63,738 nt of DNA, filler included, from Hyphochytrium catenoides (GCA_900088475.1; 5 parts of 5 records of this genome joined end to end with filler, not necessarily neighbours in it), one strand, 5' to 3'; counted from the first letter of the whole stretch, positions 1 to 12,180 are shown. Numbers and translations: made by a program. The notes: a model not told the origin generated them from the letters alone.

Positions 1-126
1 GAGAGAGAGAGAGAGAGAATACAAGGAAAGAAAATGGGATGCGCCAGAGAGTGTGAGAAAAGAAAGAGAGAGAGAGAGAGAGAGTGGGAGGACAACAGAC
101 AGAGAGAAAGAGAAAGTGAGACAAGG

Positions 127-158
<32 letters not shown>

Positions 159-276
159 AGGAAGAGAGAGAAAGAGAGAGAAAGAGAGAGAAATGGAGAG
201 AAGGTAATGAAAAAAAAGGAGGGGAGAAGAGGAGGAGGCGGAGAGAAGAAGAGAGAGAACAGAGAAGAAGCCTAAC

Positions 277-448
277 CTTGACCGCAGCAAACATGAGGGG
301 AGTAAAGCCTTCGCTGTCCTGCGGAAGTCAGCAGACCGTTGAGCCACTCCATTTGTCAGAAGAGAAGAAAGAAAGAGAGAGAGAGAGAGAAGAGAGAGAA
401 AGAATGAGAGGGAGAGACCGAGAGAGAGGGAGAGAGAGACAGACAGAC

Positions 449-483
<35 letters not shown>

Positions 484-702
484 GAGAGAAAGAGAAAAGA
501 TGAGGGAAAGAGAGGGAGAGAGACACTGATACAGAGGAAGAGAGTAAGAAAGAGCGTGACTGAGAGAGAAATAGAGAGAGAGAGACAGAGAGAGAGGTGA
601 TCACAGGAGGATTTCTCAGAAGCAAGTCTCACCTGGGCCTTGGGATTGATGTCGGCCTTCTTCAACAGCTCCTTACTGTCCGAAGAAAGAAAAAGAAAAA
701 GA

Positions 703-752
<50 letters not shown>

Positions 753-1933
753 GTACGGAAGGAGAGTGAAGAGAAAGAGAGAGCGAGCGTTGAGGGATTT
801 GTTGATAATAGAAAGAGAAAGTGATCATGAGCGATAGAGAGATTGTGTCAACCCACGGAGGAAAAGAAGGGCAAAACCTTTCTTTTCCGTTGTCTCTCCC
901 TTTGACTCTCTCTCCCCGATCTCTCTCCTCTCATGACGACGACGTCCGCTTTCTTTCTTCCTTACATGAGCTTCTTGTGTCCAGAAGCGATGGCGTGATG
1001 GAGACACGTTTGTCCTGAAACCGCTCTCTCTTCTCTCGCTTCTTCATGCTTCTCTCTTTCTTTGTCTGCTGCGCCCATTTCTTTCTCTCTTCTCTGCTTG
1101 ACGTCTGGAAGGTTTACATCGGCGCCTTTGCGGAGGAGGATCGGGATCACCTTATAGCTGCCCTAATAGGAGAGAGCGAAGTGAGAGAGAGAGAGAGACA
1201 GGAGCAGAGAGAGAGAGAGAGAGAGAGAGAGGGACAGACCAAAGAGAAAATGGAAGAGCAAGTTAGAGAGAACCAGAGAAGAGAAATAATAGGAATGGCC
1301 TTCCATCATCTCATTCAGCACCAGCAATGAAATTGCAGCGGCAGACAGAGACGGAGAGCCCTAGACCTTGAGCAGGAGAGATGAGAGAGAAAGAGCAGAG
1401 AGAGAGAAAGTGAGAGAGCAAAGAGAGAGAGAGGGAGCAAAAAAGAAATGAAGAAGACAGCATTTAAAAGAGCGGATGAAGGCATCCTTGTCCCTCGTGG
1501 AGGGTAGTAACTAACATTATTAGAAAGAGAGAAAGGTCGAGATGAAGAGAGAGACACAAACAAGAGAGAGAGAGAGAGAGAGAGTATGATGAAGAAAAAG
1601 TGAGAAAAAATGAAGTGAGAGTGCTCTGGTTTTCCTCCTCTCTCTTACCCTGACGATGGCAGAGGAGAGAAGCGTCATTCCCGCGTCAGTGTAAGAATTG
1701 ATAAAGTCGTCCTGCCCTCTAACATCCTCATAAGCGATGTCTTCTTTTCTCTTCTCTCCTCTCGTCTCCTCCTGTTGGCCGCCGTCCCCTCTCTCTTCGT
1801 CTTCTTCTTCATCATCTGCTTCTTCTCTCTCTTTCTCTCTCTCTCTTGTCCTCCCTCTGCTAGCGAGTCTCTTGTCTCTAACCAGCACTTCCATCAGCAG
1901 CGGCTCATCGGCTTCAATGATCTCTTCAGCGCT
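277..1933 (-). CDS. Ankyrin-repeat protein, multi-exon, partial (continues past window start)
   Basis: GT-AG splicing joins in frame: GMTLLSSAIVR|GSYKVIPILLRKGADVNLPD...SGQTCLHHAIASGHKKLI|KELLKKADINPKAQ|DSEGFTPLMFAAVK, giving three ankyrin consensus repeats (GxTxLHxA...LLxxGADVN). Introns are filled with (CT)n on the sense strand. Confidence 0.85.
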
Positions 1934-2512
1934 GAGAGACACAGGAGGAGGGGATACTGCGCTTTCACCACAGGAGAGGGAGAGAGAGAGAGAGAGAGAG
2001 ATACACAGAGAGAGAGGGAAGACAAGACGGAGAGAAAGAGGATTAAAAGACAGAGAGAGAGTTAGAGAGTACGAAAAGAGAGAGAGAGAAGGATGAATAT
2101 GGTTGTGGAAAGACCAAGAACAAAAAAAAGAGGATTAGATCAACGGGTAAGGGACAGGCAGCAAACGATGAGAGGAAGCATGAGTTAGAAAGATACACGC
2201 CAGAGAGAGAAGAAAGAGATGAATAAAGAGAAAGAGAGAAAGAGAGAGAGAGAGAGAGAGAGTGGAGAGTAGACCGTACAGCTAGTCAGGAACCAATCGG
2301 AAACTTAAGGGCGGCCAAAGAACAAAAAGAGGAAAGTGAGATGTCACCATCCATCTCTCTCTCTTCCCTCTCTCTCTCTCTCTCCTCCCCCTTCCTCTTA
2401 TAACACTCTCGCTTTCTGTTTCTCTGTCCTTCTCCATATCTTTTTTCTCTCTCTTTCGGAAGACGACTGCTTTCGGCCCCCGTGCTCGACAAATAGTTCC
2501 ACTCCTCTCTTC

Positions 2513-3130
2513 TTACCTCTCAGTCTTTCTAAGAGCTTGAAGGCCAGGAGCGTGCTTGCAACTTTTTTTGAGCCTCCGGTACCACCGACTCTCTCTGAAG
2601 TTTCTCTTTTCTCTTTCCTTGTTTCTCTCTCTCTGTCTCTCTCTCCTTCTGTCTCTCTCTCCCTGTTCCATTCTAAGAACTATCCGTCTTTGAAGGCGGC
2701 GGAGAGAGTCTTCTCTCTCTTCATATTCTTGCAGGACTTGCGCTACATCAGAGGCATTATACCCTCGAAGACCTCCTTTAGGCCTCTTCTCTTCTCTTTC
2801 GTTCTCCTTCGTCTTCTCTCCTTCTTCTTTCTCTCGCTTCTCCCTGGCTTTCACTTCCTCTTTCTTTTTCTGCTCTATGACTTTGTGTCTCCATCTCTCC
2901 TGACATTGAATTCTTTCCTCTCTTGTCCACTCTCCTGGCCACCAGTCTTCCCGCTCTGGAGAAGAGAGAGAAACAGCAGAGGAGGAACGGGAGCGAGCTC
3001 TCCTCTCTTCTTTCGCTCCTTCCTCCTGCTCTTGTTGGCCATATTCATTCTTCTCTCTCTCTTGTCGTCCTTCTTCCTGCGGATCTACTTTGCTTCCCTT
3101 TGTTTTTATGGTTAAAGAAGCAAGGACCAT
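2513..3130 (-). CDS. Charged/coiled-coil exon, probably the N-terminal part of the ankyrin gene
   Basis: 205-aa ORF with non-microsatellite segments (EDWWPGEWTREERIQCQERWRH, RGYNASDVAQVLQEYEE). It ends at a GTAAG donor-like site at about 2516 and is on the same strand just upstream of the ankyrin exons. I did not resolve the join. Confidence 0.45.
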   Translation of the reverse strand: MVLASLTIKTKGSKVDPQEEGRQEREKNEYGQQEQEEGAKEERRARSRSSSAVSLSSPEREDWWPGEWTREERIQCQERWRHKVIEQKKKEEVKAREKREKEEGEKTKENEREEKRPKGGLRGYNASDVAQVLQEYEEREDSLRRLQRRIVLRMEQGERDRRRERQRERNKEREKRNFRESRWYRRLKKSCKHAPGLQALRKTER

Positions 3131-6100
3131 GCTTCTTCTCCTTTTATGTTTTCTCTCTCTCTATTTCTCTCTCTGGGCCACGGTCTTCTCAATGGAGGAC
3201 CACCTCAGCTAGAGAGAAAGGAGGAGAGAGAGAGAAGGGGGGGGGGCCGGGGGAGAGAGAGAGAGAGAGAGAGCGATCTTCCCGACTCTGTTACACTGAT
3301 GTCTTGGTGGTAGCCCTTTCCATCTCTCCTGCGTCACATCCCTAATTTACTTTGGGCTCTCTCTCTCTCTGTCTCTCCTTCCGTCACCAATTTTGACTGA
3401 TGTTCTTTCCTAGGATCCTCTCTCGTCCTTGGTCGAAGAAGGATTCCTGCTGTCTTCTCCTCCTTGTCTCTGTTCTTAATACTCGGAGAAATAGGAAAGG
3501 ATAGCGGGGCGGAGAGGGAGAGAGGATGAGAGAGAGAAAGAAAGAGAGAGAGAGAGAGAGAGGGAGAGAGAGGAGAAGGGAATACAAGAAGAGAAGGTGA
3601 GCCACCCATGAGAAAGTGTGAGAAAGAAGGCGGACTTCCGAACTCAAACCAGAGAGAGAGGAGAGGGCGATGAGGGTCTAAGAGAGAGCAAAGGAGAGAG
3701 AGAAGGGAACACCACGGGAGAGGCGCGAGGAGGAGGAGGGCGGGGTGAAGAGAGAGAGAGAGAGACATACATTCAAAGGAGAGAAGAGACAGAGCACTGA
3801 CGGACCGAAAGAGAGAGAAAAAGAAAAGGAGGGGACGAAAGGACAGTAGCCGGTAACGTTAACATACAGTAACGGCTCTTCTAAGTGCAATGGGGGGAAA
3901 GGAGAGAGGACAGCCCAGAGATAGAGCGGCTAACGGCTAAACAGTATAATCGTAAGAATCCATGCTGCTTCTCTTCTGTCATGCTGCTTCGCTAATCTCC
4001 TCTCAGTTGTCTCGTCGCCGTTCTTCTTCTTTCTCCTTCTTCCTTTTCTTCTTTCTTCTTCTTCTTCCCCCGTTCTCGTCAACCTTGTTCTCTACTCTTA
4101 CTCCTTCGTCAACCCGCACTCCTCCTCCTCCTCCGCGGTCTTCCTCCTCTATCTTCTTCTCTTACTATTCCCTTCTTTTTGTTCCCCCTTATTTCTGCTT
4201 CTCTTTTCTGGCTCTGTGGGTCCTCGTCTTTGCCCCTTCTTCTCTTAGATCTTCACGTCTTGTTCTCTTCCCCTAAAGCTGCTTCTTTAGCTCTGAAGAG
4301 GTGAAGTCCCCTGTGCGTGATGAGGGACTTGTCTAATAACAAGAGTGAAAGAAGCATCTCCTCCATCATTCAACCCTCGTCCGCGGTCTTTTTATCTCCT
4401 CTAAAGTCTTCTCTTATCTTCTTCTCTGCTGAGATGATCTTCCGGTGAGGCTGCGCCATCCCCGTAGTATCAAGATAGGAGGCGGGCACAGGGTCAACAA
4501 CAAGGGGCGAGCAAGCTCTGCCTCGACGGCTGATACAAAGACGCCAACGCTCACGTGTGACGCTATGGCCAAGCTCTAAACGGAGACTTTCGGAGAAGCA
4601 TGATTGACCTACTACCCATTCATCGCCACCACTGGACGAGAAAGAAAAAGAACCCGTGCTGCCCCATCGCATGCGCGTTTGAACAGCTCCTCGCCAGCAG
4701 CGAGACGTCTTCCCGCCTCCCCTTTCTAGTTAATAAATGGGTTAGCGGGTTTTCTCGTTCTGCTGCTGCCGCTTTGCCACACTGCTGAAGAGGCGAATGA
4801 CAACTTAGCTTAGCTCCTTCATCTTCGGATAACAAGTGAACCTTCTTCCCCATGTTTGCTAAGCCTAATGAGAATTGCCTGCGTACTTGAACTTCCCTTT
4901 TCTAGTCCTTTGCCTTGTTGATTATCTACGTCCATTCCTCCTGCCGTCCTTTAATAATAGAATCAGTGGCTTCATCGTCTTTCTCTACCTAGTAGTCTAG
5001 TCAATGCCAATCAGATCTCAAGGAACTTAATTAGAACAAGAGTGTTGTCCGCCGCAACTAGCTATGGCCCGGTCCGGGCCCTTGAGTGAAGAAGTAGTAC
5101 CTCTTCTGGTCTCAGCGGCAGCTTCTGGTCCCGCCGCTGCTAATAATATAGTCTCTCGCTTGATAATGAAGAAGACTAGTCCCACAGGTGACGATATCCT
5201 ACTCTTCTTCCTGGCCCTGTCCTTTTCTTCTTCTTCAATGCTGCTGGGAGCACCACGCAGCGTCGTAGGAATCCTGTGCCCAAACAGAAAAAAGGATACC
5301 AAGCGCAATAACTTCTTCCTGCTGCACGGCCGCTCTTTGTGGGTTGGCTCTTTCTTCTTCTCTCTCTTCTTTCTTTCTTCTCTTCATCTTCTGGTCACTC
5401 TTCTCTTCCTTCTTGGGTCTCCTATCGCCTCCTCTATACCCAGCTACCTACCAGCCCAACAAAGGGAAGAAGATGATGCACTCACTCCGTCCATTTCCCT
5501 TTTCAAAGAGAAAAGAGAAGTGCACTTGTACGACGTCGTTAGTACATTTACTGTGTACAACTATGGCCTTGGCCGACGAACAATTTGGTCGTTACATTTT
5601 GGTGGATTTGTCTTGTGGGTGAAGTGAAAGGAAAGAATGACCGAAGAAAGAGGAAACGGACGGGAGGAGGAGGAGAGACGCAGGAGGGGAACGGGGGGAA
5701 GAGAGAGCAAGAGAGAGAGAGAGATCAGAGAGAGAGAGAGAGAGAGACAAGAGCAAAGATAGAGGAGAAGAGAGAGTGTGAAAGAGAGAGAGAGAGAGGG
5801 AAAGGAAAATAGAGCAAAATAGGAGAAGGGAGAGATGTGAAGAAGAGAGAGATCTGGCATCCCAAACAGAAGAAGAAGCAGTGTGACAAGCAGGTGCTGA
5901 TCCACGGCTTGGCCCCAGTGGCGGCCCTGACTTCCCCTTTACACCACGTCCTCTATCTAGAAATTTATGGCTGGCTTCTCTTTGATACCAAGGGAAAAGA
6001 TGGTGGCAAAAAGGAGATGGGAAGGCGGGGAGCAGCTTCAGATGAGCGGCCGAAAAGGATCAGCAGTCTGTTCTCCTTTTAGGGTGCCCCTCTCCTCGCC

Positions 6101-7209
6101 TCTTTTGCACATTTGGTGAAGGAAGAAAATAGGGAGAGGAGTCAGGCAGATGGAGAATAGCCATAAAAGAGAGGAAGAAGGAGCGGGTGCTTCTTCTGCC
6201 TCTCGCTAGCTGTTTCCCTAAGAGATGGAGCAAATGTGACTAGTGTGGGACAGGTTCATAAATGGCACCAGTAGGTCAGGAGAATTGAGGCGTGACACTC
6301 GCCATGGTAGGAAGTTACAATGCGTTTCTCTTCTCTCTTTCTTGTTCTCTCTTCTTTCACGTTCTGCTCGCCAACAGTGGTGCCTAGGTCCTGCCCATCA
6401 GCTGCCGTTGCAGAAGTGTTCGTGAGAGCAGTGGTCAAGGGAGACCGAGGGCCAGCCAGAAGCGGGAGGAGAGCGAGAAAATGAGAGAGAGAGAAACTTT
6501 TATGGCAGAGAGAGAGAGAGAGGCAAGCAAGAGACAGGACCAGATGGTGGCCGCCGGACACCACTACCACTATCGCCAGCGGGTCATGAGGAGGAGTTAC
6601 TCAGTCTTGTTGAGGGAAAGAAGATAGTCCAATGCTGTCTCCTGCTGTCAGGCCAGCACTTCTCTTTGACTTCTAGTATTAGATAAGCTTAGGAATCTCT
6701 ATAACTATTCTCTCTTTTCTTGACCTATTCCTTCTCTTTCTCCCGTTTATGCTGCTGTGGCTGGGCAGGCGTTACTGGGATGTGCAGATAGATCAGATGA
6801 CTGACGCAGAAGGATGCGCATGATGAAGAACTCCTCAAGAGCTCTGACCTTCTCAGAGGAGTGAAGCTTGTTAATGAGAGAGATGGGGACCAACAAGCTA
6901 GAGTCTCTCTTTTTCCTGCTTCTTCTTCCAATTCTTCGTTCGTCTCTCTTCCTGTCTGCTCCCTTCCTCTCGCCGCTGCTTCTCCTCTCTCCTCCTCAAT
7001 TATCTGGCCTAGGAGACCTGAAGACCATCCTCCTCTTCTATCGCAGCGGGCGCAGAGCCAAAGAGTTGGAATCATTCCAGGTTTTGCTAGATCATCAACA
7101 GGAAAAACAGCTAGAGCAGCAAAAAGATTATTCCTCTTAAACTCCTCCTACGCCGCCGCCGCCGCCGCACCATCAAGGTCATACTCCTGCTACTAGAACG
7201 GCACCAAGG

Positions 7210-7947
7210 ATGCAGCTCAAGGCCCTTTTAGCCCTCGCCAATCTTACCCTCGCTGCTGATCACAGGGTATATCATCAACAACCAGTGGTGGCTCACCGCC
7301 AGCTAGCAACAGCAAGCGAGGAATGTGAGGCGAAGGTTCAAAACTTGTCTTCGGTGGTAGACAGAGATTGCAACAGCAACGCCACCAGTAATGACCCACT
7401 TCCCCTGGAAAGTGTACTGCCTGCCACGTGTGAGCCAGCCTGCTTCAACGCCTCCTATAACTTCTTCAACGGACTCATCTCCTGCATCCCAGACAGTGCG
7501 CCAGAAAAAGTGAAAATTTTATATGGTCAAATTCCTGGGATCATGAAGGACGTGGCGTGCGTTAAAGACACGGACAACAATCTCTGTGCGCTGAACGTGA
7601 AGGCGGCAATCCAAGCGAATGTCACGGACGCTCACTGTCGTGCTTGCTCCCTGACAACGAACGAAAAACTCCAGAAGTATAACGTCAGCGTCATCGCACC
7701 GGGTTTTCCTTTCTATGAGATTGCTCACTCCGGCTTGGACTTCTCTATCTGTCCCAAGCCCACAGTTGGCGCTGCTGCTGGCCTGTCCACCGCCGCCCCG
7801 TCCACGACTGCCCCGTCCACTAGCGCCCCGCCCGTCGCTACCACCTCTAAGCCATCCTCCGCCGTCCTGGGCTCTCAGGTCTCGTCTTCTGCGCTTGTCG
7901 GTGGCGCGGTGGCCCTGCTGGCCGTGCTAGGATCGTTCCTAATCTAG
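7210..7947 (+). CDS. Secreted Cys-rich protein with S/T/P stalk and GPI-anchor signal
   Basis: Intronless 245 aa. Signal peptide MQLKALLALANLTLAA, a 10-Cys domain, an STAAPSTTAPSTSAPP linker and a hydrophobic C-terminus SSALVGGAVALLAVLGSFLI. Confidence 0.85.
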   Translation: MQLKALLALANLTLAADHRVYHQQPVVAHRQLATASEECEAKVQNLSSVVDRDCNSNATSNDPLPLESVLPATCEPACFNASYNFFNGLISCIPDSAPEKVKILYGQIPGIMKDVACVKDTDNNLCALNVKAAIQANVTDAHCRACSLTTNEKLQKYNVSVIAPGFPFYEIAHSGLDFSICPKPTVGAAAGLSTAAPSTTAPSTSAPPVATTSKPSSAVLGSQVSSSALVGGAVALLAVLGSFLI

Positions 7948-8812
7948 ACAACAGCAAGGGGCTAAGTGTCTCCTATAATGATAGAGAGTCCCCAGCTTTA
8001 TTTCTAGGGTTAGGAAGAATATAAACTAGAGTAAAGCATTGCTTCCATCGTCCTCAGGGTAGCTGTTGGTGTGGCCTAATAAGCTTCTAACGTCCTCGTG
8101 CGCCTCCTCCTCCTCCTTCGACATCCTGCGTGCGCATCTGTCTTCTCTCTCCCCTCTTAGTCTCTCTCTCTCTCTGTCTCTGTGTGTGTGGGGTGTGTCT
8201 CTCTCTCCCTCTTCTCCTCTGTTTTAAGCTCTCATTGTGGTTAGCTCTTACTTCGTCTTCTTCTTGCTCTCACTCGTTTCCTCTTCTTCCTGACAGGTGC
8301 ACATCCCTCTCTCTCTCTCGGTCTCTCTCTTCGTTATCAATCTGCTGTCTCTTCCAGGTTATTGCACTTTTTTCTTTCTTTGCTCAGAGATCCTCTGCAG
8401 ACTGCCCAGGAGAGAGTCGGAACAACAGCGAAGAAAGAGGAACAAGCCACAGCAGAAGAGACAATCTTTATTCTAAGGGATCAACATTTAACAAACATGA
8501 TCGAGGAGAGAAGAAAGGACCTTTGTCCCTCAGGAGGGAAGAGAGATGAAGAAACAGACCGCCACCACGTCTTGAAACTGTCTATTCTCTCCTCTTTTCC
8601 TCCTGGGCAGACTTGTCGTCAGTATGGGAGAGATCCCTACGACGAGTTCGCCAATGCTTAGCCCATTGGGGTTCCCTCTTTTTCTTTCTCTCTCTCTCTT
8701 TCCGGTGAGAGGTGCCAGTGTTCCGTTGCACTCTCTCTGTCATTTGACAATGGCTTGCCTTCACCCAAAGCGGAACTCTCCATTTGGGAGAGTGAACGTC
8801 TCTCTCTTTGCC

Positions 8813-8856
<44 letters not shown>

Positions 8857-8859
8857 ACT

Positions 8860-9948
8860 TCAGCCCGGCGGAGGACCGCCTGCGGAGACTCTGGCTGCTG
8901 GCTGGTGCTTGCCCTTAAGAGATGCCAATTCCGCCCGCTGCTGACGACAGAGACGCTCCAAAGCCTTGACTCTCTGCTGAAGGGCTGCGAGTCTCTTCTC
9001 GCTCTCTTGCAGAAGCCTCTCTCTCTCTCTTCTCTCCTCCATAAGACCGTCATTGATGCAGGCGATGGTCGTCTCCGCTATTTCCAATTGTTTTCTGGTT
9101 TCGGCTCTCTCCCGTTGCAGAAGACTTGTCTTCGCCTGAAGGTCTGCTAGCTGTCCTTCTCTCTCCTTTTTCTCTTTTTCTCTTTCCTCTCTCTCCTCTC
9201 TCCTGGAATCCTCCAGCCAAAGACAAGTACTTTCAAGCACATCAAGCTTCCTCTGAAGCTCGTCTCTCTCCTTCAGAAGCACTTTGTTTCTCTCTTCCAA
9301 CTCTAGAAGTCTCTTCTCTCCCTCTCGCTTTTCCCTCTCTCTCTCGCCCTCTTCCTCTCTCTGACTCTCTCCTAACCACGCGGAGCTGCTAAGAGAGACT
9401 TCTAACTCTGTCTCGAGCCTTCGCTTCTCTCTTTCGAGCTCTATGATCCTTACTTCCAGAAGTCTCACCTTCTCCTTTAGCTCTCCCTTCTCTCTTTGCA
9501 GAGTTCTCTCTCTCTCTTCTAGACTTGTGACTTTCTCTTCTTGCTCTCTTCTCTCTTCCTGGCTCTCACTTAGGAGAAACGCGTATGTGCTCTCTGCCAC
9601 CTCCAGTTTCCTTTTGAGACGGTTGTGTTCTGTCTTTTCTCTCTCTTCTCTCTCTTCTGAAAAGAGTCTCCTTACGCCTCCTCCTCTCTCTTCCCTAGAG
9701 CGAACAGACGAGGAAGAGAGAGAGGCAGTGGGAGGGCTTATGATGCTCTCTCCTTGAGCTTCTTCTCTCTCTCTTCTCCTCTCTGGCGTCGGCGTGTAAG
9801 AGAGGGAGAGATGATCTTGAGATTGTGGCGTCTGGAACTCTTCTTCATCTGTCTTTTCTTCTTCTTCTCTTCTCTCCTCTTCTGCGGCTCTTCTTCCATA
9901 CAAGAAAGTGAGGCTTGTACGAGGGAATGCTCCTCGAGACCGCTCCAT
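8860..9948 (-). CDS. Coiled-coil protein with four internal repeats
   Basis: Long ORF from ATG 9948 (MERSRGAF...). E/R/K/L heptads with the recurring module LxRKLEVxESTxxWLxES. Confidence 0.6.
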   Translation of the reverse strand: MERSRGAFPRTSLTFLYGRRAAEEERREEEEKTDEEEFQTPQSQDHLSLSYTPTPERRREREEAQGESIISPPTASLSSSSVRSREERGGGVRRLFSEEREEREKTEHNRLKRKLEVAESTYAFLLSESQEERREQEEKVTSLEERERTLQREKGELKEKVRLLEVRIIELEREKRRLETELEVSLSSSAWLGESQREEEGEREREKREGEKRLLELEERNKVLLKERDELQRKLDVLESTCLWLEDSRREEREEREKEKKEREGQLADLQAKTSLLQRERAETRKQLEIAETTIACINDGLMEERRERERLLQESEKRLAALQQRVKALERLCRQQRAELASLKGKHQPAARVSAGGPPPG

Positions 9949-9971
9949 GATCTTTATCGCGGAAGAGATAG

Positions 9972-10002
<31 letters not shown>

Positions 10003-11085
10003 AGGAGAGAGAGAGAGAGAGAGCAATCAGGGAAGCTAAGGGAACAAGACAAAGAGGAAACGGAGCACAGAAGGAGTGAACCAGAGAGAGAGAGTTCAAG
10101 GAGAGATCTAAGAACGAGAGAGAGGAGGAGAAGAAGAGTGAGAGAGACAGAAGAGAGGGAGAAAGAGATTGGATCCCCCTCCCAGAGCTCGGAGAAGAAG
10201 AGAGAGAGGTCGTTGACTTAGTTAGGTTTCCGCGTCAGAGGGCAATGTCCTTCCTTCTTCCTTTCCCTCTTGGTCTCTTGAGCCGTTCTCACTCACTCCT
10301 CTCTCTTCAATCACTGGCTGCTGCTCCTGCTGCTGCTGCTGCGGGCCATCGCTGTCCTCCGCCGCTGCTGCGTAGTTCCCTTCTGGCATTGGGGAAAGTT
10401 ATTTATAGGAGCGGTCCAAAGCAATAATAATGACTTTCTCCCTTTCTCTCCCTCTCTCTTTTCTCTCTGTCTCTCTCTCTGTCNNNNNNNNNNNNNNNNN
10501 NNNNNNNNNNNNNNNNNNNNNNNNNNNNNNNNNNNNNNNNNNNNNNNNNNNNNNNNNNNNNTCTCTCTCTCTCCTCTCTATCTCCTCTCTCTCTCATTCT
10601 CTCGCTTCCTCCGTCTGTCTGCCTCTATTTCTCTTCCTTAAGAACTCTCTCCTCTCCTCCCACCTTTGTTTGTTCAACCTGTGTCTCTCTCCCTCTCTTC
10701 TCTCTCTCTCGTTCTCTCTCTCCCTCTCTGTCTGTCTCTCTTCTATTCCATCTGTTTCTCTTCTCCCTCGACCTCTTTTACCTGTAAAAGGACTCAACTC
10801 TCAACGAAGCACTCGTTGTTGTTGTTAACCTTCACAAAGCTGTACATCAACACAACGCCTTTCCAGAGCTCCCCCGGGAATCTTTACATTGAAGCCAGGG
10901 AACATCAGAAAAAAGCTTCACCTTCGTTTATCACTTTTTTTATAGAGCTAGTTATTATGGAGCTTACTGCTACTACCATCGCTACTAACAGACTAATTCT
11001 AGAAGAAGAAGAAAGTGAAGAAGAAGAAGAAGAAGAGGAAGAAGAAGAGAAGAAAAGCTAAGAAGCCTTAGGCTCTTCCCTCATC

Positions 11086-11820
11086 TCAGCTCGAACCTGC
11101 TCCCTGCTCATCATCAGTAAAAGAAGAATCATAGTTGATTTCCTCAGTAATGATGAGCGGAGAAGGAGGAGGAGGAGGAGGTGAACCATCAGCAAGCATG
11201 TCATCATCAGCAACCAAGTCATCACCAGCAACCATGTCATCACCGTCGAGCTCAGCCTGCGCGAAACAAGCAAGAGAAGGGTCCAGTTGTTCAGGAGGAA
11301 TGCGCTTCAAGATTTGAAGTGCATTTTCTTCGTGAATGGCCAAAGACACTCGCGTATGAAGGCGTAGGCCCATAGCGAAGCGAGACCAAGCTTCATAATT
11401 GTTGGAAAAAGCTTCATACTTGTCGGAGAGAGCTTCATGTTTGCTGGAAAATGCTTCATATTTTGTTGGGAAAAGCTTGATATTTGTCGGAGAAAGCTTG
11501 ATATTTGTCGGAGAAAGCTTGATATTTGTCGGAGAAAGCTTGATATTTGTCGGAGAAAGCTTCATATTTGGCGGAGAGAGCTTCATGTTTGCTGGAAAAT
11601 GCTTCATATTTGTTGGGAAAAGCTTGATATTTGTCGGAGAAAGCTTGATATTTGTCGGAGAAAGCTTCATATTTGTTGGCATAAGCTTCAAATTTGTTGT
11701 CGGACAACGATCTGTTAGATACTTTATACCCTATTTGTGATAAATCGGGGTGGCACTAACTCTTGTTGAAAGGAAGCTTGAGCAGGTTGAATATCCGGGG
11801 GGGATATTAGGTTTATTTTC
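11086..11820 (-). CDS. Spliced heptad-repeat (KYEAFSD)n coiled-coil protein with a 1-nt frameshift; 5' end missing
   Basis: Exon 11820-11761 (ENKPNIPPDIQPAQASFQQ), then a 49-nt intron 11760-11712 (GTTAGT...CTAACAG), then 15 heptads and a unique acidic/Pro-rich tail. An extra base at about 11461 shifts the frame. Confidence 0.55.
11388..11700. repeat. 21-bp minisatellite, about 15 units (AGCTTGATATTTGTCGGAGAA)
   Basis: Directly visible tandem array, including a higher-order block repeated at about 11431 and 11579. Confidence 0.95.
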
Positions 11821-11836
11821 CTGGCGCGGTTAGAGG

Positions 11837-12180
11837 ATGCGGCATTCAACACACTCTCTGAGGGTAGGAGGCGCCACTGCGCTAATGAATGGTCAGGCAG
11901 GCGACCTAACTATCAAGTTCTTGGGACGCTGGCACTCCGACGCTTACCAAGGCTACCCGGCATATCAACCTGTGCAGACGGAGGACACGGCGGCTAAAAT
12001 GGTAGGGCCCAAGCAGACAGGAGGCTCTCAACTACGCTAAGCGCACTTACAACCTACTGCTGCTACGACAACCTACTCTTTGGGGGCCAAGAGCCTCCTT
12101 CCGCTTGACCCAGCTAGGGGCGGCAAGGAGAGCTCCCAGGCTAGTGATGTCAAGCGCCAGTTGATTCCCCCAGCCAGAGG
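11837..12180 (+). mobile_element. 3' fragment of an Ngaro/DIRS-type tyrosine-recombinase retrotransposon
   Basis: STHSLRVGGATALMNGQAGDLTIKFLGRWHSDAYQGY carries the YR HxxR...W...Y motifs and is nearly identical to the copy at 55629. The downstream TGGGGGCCAAGAGCCTCCT matches the start of the repeat in that copy. Confidence 0.85.

Noticed and set aside
4370-7140. Several 60-190 aa ORFs
   Set aside because: No recognisable domains; may be UTR or decayed sequence.
11388-11700. CRISPR-like array
   Set aside because: Units are contiguous with no unique spacers, there are no cas genes, and the context is eukaryotic.
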